A stretch of DNA of 51,563 nt from a candidate division WS6 bacterium GW2011_GWF2_39_15 (GTDB lineage Bacteria; Patescibacteriota; Dojkabacteria; SC72), in the NCBI GenBank assembly GCA_000993565.1, contig LBWK01000002.1, positions 290,800 to 342,362 on the forward strand, read 5' to 3'. Every line of letters begins with the position of its first letter. Position 1 is the first letter of the stretch. A model generated the notes under the pieces. That model saw nothing but the letters and a program-made list of their open reading frames with translations. It was not told the origin of the DNA and ran no database searches. The translations under genes were made by a program, and so were the position numbers. Of the stretch, positions 9,829 to 18,562 are shown one piece after another.

Positions 9829-9902
9829 TTGACTTTACTTATTGGAAATGGGTATATTATGAAGAGGATTAACTCTCGAGATTCTGTATCTGTACAACTG
9901 TT

Positions 9903-11606
9903 ATGAAATACTTGCATCAACATATAAAAACTACAATCAAAGTCCTTTCACTAAGCATACCAATGCTGTTGCTCTTCTCTACAGGTATGTTTCTTTTAAA
10001 GATTTTTGCTGATTCCATTACGACATCCGTAACAGTGGGAAATAGTGCCCCTACAATTACTGCTGGTCCTGCTGAATCAGCTGAAAGCTCCAGTACGAGC
10101 CCAACGAATGTTGGTGCATCAGTTACTTTTCAGGCAACAGCAACGGACTCTAACGCTGAAAACTACTATTTAATTGTTTGTTCTTCAGACTCAGTTACCC
10201 CGCATAATGGAGCGGCTCCAACTTGTGGTGCGACACAATGGTGTGTCAGTACGAGTACCACCAGTGGCAGTCAGGCCAGTTGTAGCAGAACGGCATTAAT
10301 CGGTGATGCCGAGTCAAATGCATGGTATGCATTTGTTTGTGATGGTAATGCGAGTGCTGCAAATTGCACAGCGACAGGAAATCAGGGATCTGGAGGTACA
10401 GGCTCTCCTTTTGCTGTAAATCATGCCCCTGCGTTTAGTTCAGTGTCAAATGATGGACCAAAAAATCCCGGACAGACAGTAACATGGATTACTACATCAT
10501 CAGACTCTGATACCAGCGGCAGTGCTGATACAGTAAAGCTTTTGGTTTGTAAAACAACCGGTATTTCTGCAGATGCTTGCGATGGCGGAGCAGGAGATAC
10601 CTGGTGTTCAAGCAGTGCATCAGCATCTAATCCCACTTGCGGTTATTCAGTGCCGATTCCTACTGTAGACGGGGCAAGCAGTGCATACGTGTATATCGTT
10701 GACAGCCATAATTTCGGCAGTGCGGCGGCAAATCAAGGGAGTGATAGTGCTTATACAGTCAGCAATGTGGCACCTGTTGTTTCAAGCGTGACCATCAATG
10801 GTGGTAATGACATTGACCTTACGGAGGGTACAACAACCGATGTCGTTGTTACAGCAACCGTTACGGATAATAATAGCTGTGGAGGGGGCGAACTTGTTAC
10901 CACATATGGGTATGTATACCGATCAGGTAAAGGATATTCACTCTGTGATAGTGCAGGTGAGGCTGATAGCAATTTCTGCTATCCTGAGATCTCTTGTAGT
11001 GTGAGTGGAGGATCGTGCACAGGTACCTCTGACCCATCGGCGAATTACACTTGCACAGTGAGTATGCAGTACTATTCTGATCCAACAGATGTTGCCACTC
11101 AGTTTCCTACTGAAACATGGCTTTCAAACTTCAAAGCCGTAGATGATGATAGCGGATCTAACAATCTTGAAGTCGCTACAGGCATTGTTGTGAACTCTCT
11201 TACAGCACTTGATGTAACATCAGCCGTTAATTATGGTGCCCTCGATGTTGGTGAGAAGAACGACCCTCTTGATCAGATCACTACGATTACTCCAACAGGA
11301 AATGTAGGTCTTGATGAGGAGTTGTCTGGTACAGATATGTGTACTGACTCTCCAACCTGTTCGGGAGGTGTTATAGGAGTGACTTATCAAAAATATGCTC
11401 TCGCATCTTTAACTGCTTATGCAAGTGGAACGGCTCTCTCAGGGGTCGCTACGGAAGCAGAGTTGAATCTACAAAAAGCTACTTCAGGTACACCTACAAC
11501 AAAGAATACATGGTGGGGTATTCTAATTCCGACAGGTACAATCCCTGGTGTCTATAGCGGAAGTAATACGATTACAGCTGTAAAAGGAGAGGTTATTAAC
11601 TGGTGA
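9903..11606 (+). CDS. secreted Cys-rich protein (567 aa) with two tandem Cys-containing Ig/cadherin-like domains plus a C-terminal module paralogous to the C-terminus of the giant protein
   Basis: N-terminal signal/anchor (LSLSIPMLLLFSTGMFLLKIFA). Each domain begins with N-x-AP (GNSAPTI, VNHAPAF, SNVAPVV). The last ~280 aa align by eye with giant-protein residues ~2166-2433. Confidence 0.85.
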   Translation: MKYLHQHIKTTIKVLSLSIPMLLLFSTGMFLLKIFADSITTSVTVGNSAPTITAGPAESAESSSTSPTNVGASVTFQATATDSNAENYYLIVCSSDSVTPHNGAAPTCGATQWCVSTSTTSGSQASCSRTALIGDAESNAWYAFVCDGNASAANCTATGNQGSGGTGSPFAVNHAPAFSSVSNDGPKNPGQTVTWITTSSDSDTSGSADTVKLLVCKTTGISADACDGGAGDTWCSSSASASNPTCGYSVPIPTVDGASSAYVYIVDSHNFGSAAANQGSDSAYTVSNVAPVVSSVTINGGNDIDLTEGTTTDVVVTATVTDNNSCGGGELVTTYGYVYRSGKGYSLCDSAGEADSNFCYPEISCSVSGGSCTGTSDPSANYTCTVSMQYYSDPTDVATQFPTETWLSNFKAVDDDSGSNNLEVATGIVVNSLTALDVTSAVNYGALDVGEKNDPLDQITTITPTGNVGLDEELSGTDMCTDSPTCSGGVIGVTYQKYALASLTAYASGTALSGVATEAELNLQKATSGTPTTKNTWWGILIPTGTIPGVYSGSNTITAVKGEVINW

Positions 11607-11633
11607 TAACTATTTATATTTTTAATTACTAAA

Positions 11634-13004
11634 ATGAAAAAACTTGGACATTTAATGAAAATATGGCTTGTACTGATAGTTTTCTCACTTGGAGTAATGC
11701 CAGTTGAAGCAGGTTTTGGTGTATCACCAACGAATATATATAACGAGTACTTAAAACCCGGAGCCCATTTTGAGAAGACAATCACGCTTTCAAGATCAGA
11801 TCCTGTCGATGATCTTGATATTATTGTTGAGCCCAGTTTGGGAGAGATAGAATCCTGGTTCAAGTTTGATCCGGGTTTGAGGTTTGTATTTCCAAAAGGG
11901 CAGACAAGAAAGTCTTTTAAAGTGATCGTGAGTGTTCCTGAAACTGCTTCATATCGTAATTACGAGGGAATTATCCGAGTTAAAGCAATGAAAAAGGGTG
12001 AAGATGTTAAGGGGGTTTCTATTGTTAAAGGAGCAAGGCTAGATGTTGACTTGGTTACTACAGAGCTCACAGTTAATGAGATAAAAGTAAAATCACTCAA
12101 AATGCTTGATACAAAAGACGGGCAGCCTCTAACTCTTGCTATGGAGGTTGAAAATGTCGGTAATATAGAAGTTTCTCCAACCGCTAAGATAAAGATTCTA
12201 ACACTTGATATGCAGGAGCTTGAGGAACATACTGCAAGTAATTTTGGAAGTGTTAAACCCAACGAGACTAAGACTTTGTATGCCAAATTCACAAGCTCAT
12301 TACCTGAAGGGGAGTATTTTGTGGAGGCGGAGGTTCTTGGAGAAAATATTGTAGTTAGAAAGGAGAGACTCGTATTGAGAATAATGGGTAAAGTTGCTCA
12401 ATTTGATGAAGGAAAGGATAATAGTAATATGTTAACAGGACTAGTAAACTTTGTGAGTGATAATGCTCTAAAAATCGGTTTTGGTCTTATGGTTTCCGCT
12501 ATAGCATTCTTACTCTTAACACGGCTTTGGAAGTCGAGAAAAATGCAGGAGAAACACTCTGAAAAGTGGGCTTTGTTACTTGGTGAGTCTACACTTTCGC
12601 GAATTGTTATATCAATAGCTATTGGAGTTATTGTTACACTTATAATGTTCTTTATTCTTTCTCTTATACCGTCACCAAAGGATCAAAAAGATGATAGCAC
12701 TTCCATTACTCAGAACCAAGACAATACCGTTGAGGTGAGTAATGTTAAAGGTGCGAAAACAGATTCAAAAAACAATATCTCTCCGGATCCTTTAGTTGTA
12801 GGAGTACATGATAAGGATGGAAAGCTTATGTATCCTATCTATTCACAGCCATTTGTTACTTCGAATGTTTTATACTATGCAAAGGAGAATGAAAAGATGG
12901 CCGTTATAGAAGAGAAGGCTGACTGGTACCGTGTAGAGCTGTCTAATGGACAGAGCGGATGGTTGGAAAAGACAAGCGTAAAAGATAGTGACACACAAGA
13001 ATAA
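11634..13004 (+). CDS. signal-peptide protein with two Ig/PapD-like beta-sandwich domains, two TM helices and a C-terminal SH3b domain (456 aa)
   Basis: Signal peptide IWLVLIVFSLGVMPVEA. Domain 1 reads GFGVSPTNIYNEYLKPGAHFEKTITLSRS...KSFKVIVSVPE...YEGIIRVKA. Domain 2 reads PLTLAMEVENVGNIEVSP...GEYFVEAEV. The TM helices are IGFGLMVSAIAFLLLTRLW and IVISIAIGVIVTLIMFFILSLI. SH3b-like tail: AVIEEKADWYRVELSNGQSGWLEKTSV. Confidence 0.85.
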   Translation: MKKLGHLMKIWLVLIVFSLGVMPVEAGFGVSPTNIYNEYLKPGAHFEKTITLSRSDPVDDLDIIVEPSLGEIESWFKFDPGLRFVFPKGQTRKSFKVIVSVPETASYRNYEGIIRVKAMKKGEDVKGVSIVKGARLDVDLVTTELTVNEIKVKSLKMLDTKDGQPLTLAMEVENVGNIEVSPTAKIKILTLDMQELEEHTASNFGSVKPNETKTLYAKFTSSLPEGEYFVEAEVLGENIVVRKERLVLRIMGKVAQFDEGKDNSNMLTGLVNFVSDNALKIGFGLMVSAIAFLLLTRLWKSRKMQEKHSEKWALLLGESTLSRIVISIAIGVIVTLIMFFILSLIPSPKDQKDDSTSITQNQDNTVEVSNVKGAKTDSKNNISPDPLVVGVHDKDGKLMYPIYSQPFVTSNVLYYAKENEKMAVIEEKADWYRVELSNGQSGWLEKTSVKDSDTQE

Positions 13005-13014
13005 ATGTTCCGGG

Positions 13015-13446
13015 TTATTTCTTTCCTGTACTACCAAAGCCTCCTCTGTTGTTATGACTAAGTTTCAAAGCATCCTCAACCTCTACTTGTTCTATTGGCA
13101 GTATGATCATCTGGCAGCATCGAGTACCTTTCTCAATTGTGACAAGTGCTTTCGTAAAGTTTAGAGCGGGAAAAAGCCACTCATCATCATTACCGCGGTA
13201 ATCATAATCAATAACTCCCAGACCGTTAACGCAGGTAATTCCCATTTTAAATGTCGAACTTCTGTTCACGAGTAGCGCAAAGTATCCTTCGGGTAATTCA
13301 ATTGCTACATTCATAGGAATAAGTTTAACTTCTCCAGGTTCTATTGTGACGGTTTCTCTTGTATAAAGGTCTAAAGAGGCCGCTTTAGGTGTTTTGTAAA
13401 CAGGAAGAGGAAGTGATCTATCAAACCTTTTTACTCTGATTTTCAT
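13015..13446 (-). CDS. dut: dUTP diphosphatase (dUTPase)
   Basis: Motifs NRSS, GVIDYDYRGN and a C-terminal RGGFGSTG. I place the start at the internal ATG at 13446 (MKIRVKRF) rather than the ORF-track start at 13497. Confidence 0.9.
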   Translation of the reverse strand: MKIRVKRFDRSLPLPVYKTPKAASLDLYTRETVTIEPGEVKLIPMNVAIELPEGYFALLVNRSSTFKMGITCVNGLGVIDYDYRGNDDEWLFPALNFTKALVTIEKGTRCCQMIILPIEQVEVEDALKLSHNNRGGFGSTGKK

Positions 13447-13575
13447 AAAATAATATAACATAATCTTTCGGTATTTATAAAGACTTAAGGAATTCATCCA
13501 TCTATATTGGAGAGGAGTATAAACAGGAGGGGGAAATAGGTGTACAATTTGAAATAAACTTATACGTTACTATTC

Positions 13576-14355
13576 ATGCAAAACTTCCTTTCTAGAATTC
13601 AAGGCCGGGGAAGAATTTTAATATTGGTACTTATAGTACTAATCGGAATATTTCTTCTCTCTTTTGTGATTGTAAAGATAATATCAAATGCTGGAAAAGT
13701 AGTTGAGACCAATGGACAGGATGCTGAAGTCCTTCAGGCTTATACTTCTGTCAGTACCTTTGGTTATGATACATCTGGTGGTTCAAATTACAATACGGCG
13801 GGGTTGCAATATTCCACAGTTCTTAATATGAGTACATCAAAAGAGATTGCTGGCTTTGAGATTAGAAATGTAAAGCTCTCAGACGAAATAGAATCGGAAA
13901 AGATCTTTATTACTTGGCCGAAACACTTTGGACAGGGAAAGGATAATAATACTTTTTATGAAGACATGGGAACGAAAGCTGATTACCCGAATAGAAAGGA
14001 TGAGGGTAACAAGTTTGAATACAGAGTCGTCGACAGTGCTGCTTACACCGATGAGATAGGTGTAAACGGTGGGGTAGTTGATTTCAGATATACCCTTTTT
14101 GGTATAGGTAATAAGTTTGATTATGAGGAGATTTTAGACAACGATAAGGTATATAAAGGCGGGAAGGAATTAGTATATGCAGGTGTCAAAAAAGAGGACA
14201 TAGACTCATCAATTGAGTTTGATGTGATAATTACTTTTACTGATAAGTCTAAGGCCGTTAAGCACTTCTCCCTGAATACCAATTTTGATGAGGTTCTTAA
14301 TCAGGGCTTCTCATTTGTAAATAACGGAGCTGATTATATAGGGAAGAAGTTTTAA
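13576..14355 (+). CDS. hypothetical N-terminally anchored extracytoplasmic protein (259 aa)
   Basis: Basic N-terminus followed by a TM helix (ILILVLIVLIGIFLLSFVIVKII). No motif recognised. Confidence 0.65.
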   Translation: MQNFLSRIQGRGRILILVLIVLIGIFLLSFVIVKIISNAGKVVETNGQDAEVLQAYTSVSTFGYDTSGGSNYNTAGLQYSTVLNMSTSKEIAGFEIRNVKLSDEIESEKIFITWPKHFGQGKDNNTFYEDMGTKADYPNRKDEGNKFEYRVVDSAAYTDEIGVNGGVVDFRYTLFGIGNKFDYEEILDNDKVYKGGKELVYAGVKKEDIDSSIEFDVIITFTDKSKAVKHFSLNTNFDEVLNQGFSFVNNGADYIGKKF

Positions 14356-14367
14356 GCTCCTTCTTGT

Positions 14368-14853
14368 TTATGCAATTAGTGCTATTGCAACTACATAATT
14401 ATGTCCATATTTCTTTGCACATTTAGGACATGTTGTGTAGTAAAAGTAGTATTTGAGTGATCTCTGGTTTTTGCTTTTAAGATACGACTCAAACTCTTTG
14501 ATCCACTGCGGCACTGCACTGTATGGTCCGTCAAAGACCTTGCTTATATATCTACCTGAGAGTCTTACATTTTCAGCCGTAGGTACTTCTTTTGTTACAG
14601 CCATATAGAGTTCGGATTTCCATGGACTTGGATCAAAGGCCATTAGTAGATAGTCCTCGGCTTTTGGAGTCGCATTAGCTTTCTCTGCAATCTCAAACAT
14701 TCGTGTAATTACTTTTCCCATGTTAAGGGGCATATGGAAGATCTGTTTTACATAATCTTTGATAAACAGCTTATCCTTCCAGATGTGTTCTTTTTCGTTC
14801 CAGAGGGAGGGATTAAATTGGGGACAGCACTCGTCCGGGTTCTTGTTCTGCAT
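14368..14853 (-). CDS. conserved hypothetical protein (161 aa) with N-terminal CCPxFNP and C-terminal TCPKCAKKYG motifs
   Basis: Intact ORF. The pattern CCPQFNPSLWNEKE...YFYYTTCPKCAKKYGHNYVV recalls a widespread uncharacterised family, possibly with a GyrI-like fold. The family name is not certain. Confidence 0.65.
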   Translation of the reverse strand: MQNKNPDECCPQFNPSLWNEKEHIWKDKLFIKDYVKQIFHMPLNMGKVITRMFEIAEKANATPKAEDYLLMAFDPSPWKSELYMAVTKEVPTAENVRLSGRYISKVFDGPYSAVPQWIKEFESYLKSKNQRSLKYYFYYTTCPKCAKKYGHNYVVAIALIA

Positions 14854-14998
14854 GTGTAGAGCAGGTAATAAGTTATCAGTAAAGTATATACCTGACTTGT
14901 GCAGATTAAAATATTCTATTGAATTCCACTATTTCCCGGCATATTTTAAAGCCTTTATGGTGTTTAAGCATTTGCTTATATAAAGACTATAAACTAGA

Positions 14999-15541
14999 AT
15001 GAATATTATGATGAAGAATGAAATAAAAAAGAGGGGAAACTATGCTTTTATTGATAGCCAGAACCTTAATCTGGGAGTTAGGAGTCAGGGATGGAGACTG
15101 GATTTTGGAAGGTTTAGGACGTATCTGAAAAATAAATATAATGTTGTGCAGGCTTTTCTATTTATAGGGCATATTGCGGGTAACGAGATGTTATATACTA
15201 ATCTTCAAAAAAACGGGTATCTTTTGATCTTTAAACCTACTTTGGAGTATAAAGAGAATGAAAAGGTAAAGATCAAAGGGAATGTGGATGCGGAACTCGT
15301 TTTACACACAATGATTGAGCTTAAGAGTTATGAGAAAGCAATTATAGTTTCAGGTGATGGAGATTTTCACTGTCTTATAGAGTATTTGGAACAGAATGAT
15401 AAGCTGGGAAGGGTTCTTGTTCCTAGTGGAAAATATTCAAGTCTTCTTCGGAAATATCAGCATTATATCGTTCCTATCAGCGGGTTGAGAAAGTCATTGG
15501 AAAAGAAAATGACCAAGATCAGCGGTCGATCGAAATCTTAG
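14999..15541 (+). CDS. NYN domain (LabA/PIN-like) putative ribonuclease
   Basis: YAFIDSQNLNLG near the N-terminus, then NVDAELVLHTM and IIVSGDGDFHCLIEYL, matching the acidic-residue layout of NYN/LabA domains. Confidence 0.8.
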   Translation: MNIMMKNEIKKRGNYAFIDSQNLNLGVRSQGWRLDFGRFRTYLKNKYNVVQAFLFIGHIAGNEMLYTNLQKNGYLLIFKPTLEYKENEKVKIKGNVDAELVLHTMIELKSYEKAIIVSGDGDFHCLIEYLEQNDKLGRVLVPSGKYSSLLRKYQHYIVPISGLRKSLEKKMTKISGRSKS

Positions 15542-15642
15542 GCTGCTTAACTTGGTCATAGTGATAAGCAATTATAGTATTTGTTGGGGAGGAAATCAAA
15601 TGTAGAGATTTCGTATTCAAGTGTTCTCATTAAAAGTGTCTA

Positions 15643-16797
15643 CTATCTCATGATCTGACTTAAAAGATGGAGAATTAAGTTTTGATACCTTGTATCTAGC
15701 TGGCTGAATGGGAGCAGTCGATTATTTTCAAAGATATAATAATTGGAAGGGTCTCCTAATGCGGATTTAGGGTCTTCCATAAAATGTTTAACCCTAAGTA
15801 GGTAGTTGAGCCCTTCTCCAGTTATTCTAAACTCTTGGGATCTTCCAAAACGTCCCATATCGTCTTCACCTATGGTCTGCTGTCTCTCGTATACTTCTAT
15901 TAGGTTATTTAAACGCAGGTATTCTAGATATTTGGAAATATTACCTCTTTTCGTCTCTATATCAGATTTAAAACGTGGGTCTGAACTGTAGCTGTTCATA
16001 AGACTGGTCCAAATTTGTCTATAGGAAAAATCTTTCTCCTCCTCTTCTCCAATTAGGTCTAAAATATAGTGTTTAAGTATGGAATTATTAGCTAGTGCAA
16101 GCAGATCTGACTTTCTTAGACGTATTCTGTAGCCAGTTCTAGAAATAAATCCCGCCTTAAACAATGGAGAGACTATTGTATCTAGGACTTGTTGCTTAGT
16201 AGCTCCATAGTCGTATAAAATGTTTGTTGTGTGTTTGTCTCCGCTTTCTAATCGCGATAGAAATGTTAACTGCATTGTGAAGGGACTTTTCCAGCCCTTA
16301 TGAGTACTGTCGGGTAAATCAAGTTTATCTCCGTATTCAAGCTGAATTGTTGCTGCGACTATTGCATTTGTGAATGCTTTGTCACTAATAAGTCTATATA
16401 CTGGCCATCCACTATGGCGCTGATTTGCTTTGAAGGTTAAGACTCCCATTGATTTAAGGAGAAAGTCTCCCCGTATTTTATCAAAACAATCTCTTGTAAG
16501 CATGCAAGCATTCTCTAGCATCATAAGTCTTTCTTCATCAATTCCACCTAAGTTTTCTACCAGTCCTAACGTTATATCCCTAGCTTCAAAAGGAGCAAGC
16601 TGGAAATTTGATACTAATAACAGGGTATAGAGTGATTGCTTTCTAGTTATTAGTTGACCAATCTCATCTAGTCTTGTTAACAAGGCTTCGTTGAATGGAG
16701 TTGCTTCAAACTGGAATTCACTGATGGCACGATCAGATTCATATTCTAAGCCTTCTAAAACTGTTGAACTTGTTTTATTGTGAAGTTTGATTGTCAT
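15643..16797 (-). CDS. hypothetical protein (384 aa)
   Basis: Long intact ORF with no TM segment. The central part has possible winged-helix-like segments. No motif recognised. Confidence 0.65.
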   Translation of the reverse strand: MTIKLHNKTSSTVLEGLEYESDRAISEFQFEATPFNEALLTRLDEIGQLITRKQSLYTLLLVSNFQLAPFEARDITLGLVENLGGIDEERLMMLENACMLTRDCFDKIRGDFLLKSMGVLTFKANQRHSGWPVYRLISDKAFTNAIVAATIQLEYGDKLDLPDSTHKGWKSPFTMQLTFLSRLESGDKHTTNILYDYGATKQQVLDTIVSPLFKAGFISRTGYRIRLRKSDLLALANNSILKHYILDLIGEEEEKDFSYRQIWTSLMNSYSSDPRFKSDIETKRGNISKYLEYLRLNNLIEVYERQQTIGEDDMGRFGRSQEFRITGEGLNYLLRVKHFMEDPKSALGDPSNYYIFENNRLLPFSQLDTRYQNLILHLLSQIMR

Positions 16798-16873
16798 GTC
16801 TTATATTATATCACTGAAGCCTATAATATATAATTCTATTAAAAATGAAAAAAGCCTCTTGAACCAACGATAG

Positions 16874-17749
16874 TTACATCCTCCAACTGTCGAGATCGTT
16901 TAAATCTTTCAAAGTAAGGGTTATTGACATGCAATCCATATTCTCGTTTATATGTGCTCTGTTAGAGCTTTTAACTAAGGCTAATACATTTTCTTTTTGT
17001 AAAAGCCAGTTTAAGGCAATCTGATTTGGAGTTAAGGTGTACCTGTTTACGATCTCAGCAAAAGATGGGCTTGTATGGGCAATATTCGTCATCCCACGAT
17101 TTAGAGGCCTATATGCGAGAATCTTAATGTTATTCTTGTTACAATACTCAATCGTTCCATTCACTTCATACTCTCTGTCAAAGATATTGTAGAGGATCTC
17201 ATTTGCTTCTACGGGGATATCGATCTTCTTTTTGAGATTAATCAGATCTTCTTTCTTTGCATTGGAAACCGCAAATGAACCTACTTTCCCATGCTTTATC
17301 TTTTCCATTAAAAAGATATTTAGTTCTCTTTCAGATATATTCGTGAAGACTGGTTTATGTATCTGAAATACATCAATATAATCAGTATTTAACTGTTTAA
17401 GATACTTATTGAAGACCGTTTCAAGCTCCACAATATCTTTATACTTGTGAATATCAAACTTACAAAGAAGTGTAATCTTCTCACGATCAAAGTCTTCAAT
17501 AGCCTGTCTTATCAGTTCCAAAGACCCGCCTTCTCCCTGTGCAATCCAGCAATCAACTAATGATAGTCCTTTTGATAGCTGATATTTTATTTGAGTTATC
17601 TCGTTAACATAGTCGGAGTAGGGGCTTTTAGTCATATATCCGCCGATTCCCCATGTACCAATTCCGAGTTTCGGTATATTCTTTTTGAAAATATTTATTG
17701 TAGGTAAATGATTATTTGGATTCATCGGATTTATTCCACATTGAGTCAT
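16874..17749 (-). CDS. aldo/keto reductase family oxidoreductase
   Basis: LGIGTWGIGG, DYIDVFQIHKP and ILAYRPLNRG are typical AKR blocks. The start may be the internal MNPNN, and the gene overlaps the upstream TrmB-like gene. Confidence 0.85.
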   Translation of the reverse strand: MTQCGINPMNPNNHLPTINIFKKNIPKLGIGTWGIGGYMTKSPYSDYVNEITQIKYQLSKGLSLVDCWIAQGEGGSLELIRQAIEDFDREKITLLCKFDIHKYKDIVELETVFNKYLKQLNTDYIDVFQIHKPVFTNISERELNIFLMEKIKHGKVGSFAVSNAKKEDLINLKKKIDIPVEANEILYNIFDREYEVNGTIEYCNKNNIKILAYRPLNRGMTNIAHTSPSFAEIVNRYTLTPNQIALNWLLQKENVLALVKSSNRAHINENMDCMSITLTLKDLNDLDSWRM

Positions 17750-18491
17750 AGATACTATTTAAGAGATCTACAATAAGTTGGTCTTTTATGATCAGTGACC
17801 AAAACTTACCATTTTTAATCGTAGCAAAACCAACTCTGTCACCAAAGGTAGACATCATTGAAGAAAGGTTGAGTCTTTCAGAATATCTTCTACATTCCTT
17901 TAAGAGTTTTGGATTGCTGGTGTCGTACTTATCTGGAACAGTGTCTTTGTCATAAAGAACTCTGATGAGTATATTTCTGGCAACTCTTTCTTTAATAAAC
18001 CAGGTGTTAGTTTTATCTAGGAGTTTCTTATTTCCTGCGGCTTTTTGGGCTGTATCAGATGCAGCTATTGTCCTTATCAAGTCAAATTTCCCTTTTAATA
18101 TTGTCTCATGATATCTGTCATGGGCATCCTGGCCAGTAAATATCTGAACATTCTCATTTTGGTAGTGCTGTGCAGAGTACTTTTCTATATCAGCAAACGC
18201 ATTAATAAAAAGTGTTTTGGATTGTTCTATTCCTTGTTTTCTGTTTTCAAATAAGTCAAGGATCTGTTCCTTGGGTGCCACTTTATAAATCTGGTTTCTA
18301 GAGTCCCCAGAGGAGATAACCAGTCCTCTTCTTTCTAGCTGTGCAATTGCTTTATACGCTGATGATTTATCCAGAAGGTTTTCTTTGTATATCTGACTCC
18401 CAAGGCTTTCACCCTTAGAGAGAAGGTATAGATATATAGCAATTTCAATTTGCGAGAGACCAAGTTCCTCAAGTGATTTATTTATTTCCAT
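17712..18491 (-). CDS. TrmB-family transcriptional regulator
   Basis: N-terminal winged HTH (LGLSQIEIAIYLYLLSKGESLGSQIY...AYKAIAQLERRGLV) followed by a ~170-aa effector-type domain. Confidence 0.8.
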   Translation of the reverse strand: MEINKSLEELGLSQIEIAIYLYLLSKGESLGSQIYKENLLDKSSAYKAIAQLERRGLVISSGDSRNQIYKVAPKEQILDLFENRKQGIEQSKTLFINAFADIEKYSAQHYQNENVQIFTGQDAHDRYHETILKGKFDLIRTIAASDTAQKAAGNKKLLDKTNTWFIKERVARNILIRVLYDKDTVPDKYDTSNPKLLKECRRYSERLNLSSMMSTFGDRVGFATIKNGKFWSLIIKDQLIVDLLNSIYDSMWNKSDESK

Positions 18492-18562
18492 ACCTGAGTA
18501 TACTGTGAAGTGGGTAACAGTGTCAACTATGTGCTACTGCGAATAACTAATTAAAAATGATA

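Noticed and set aside
9848-9906. Chain of two mini-ORFs (MGIL* and MKRINSRDSVSVQLL*), each ending in an ATGA overlap with the next start, the last overlapping the ATG of the 567-aa gene.
   Set aside because: At 4 and 15 codons in AT-rich spacer, such overlaps arise easily by chance. There is no conservation or ribosome-binding evidence available, so they are not called as leader peptides.
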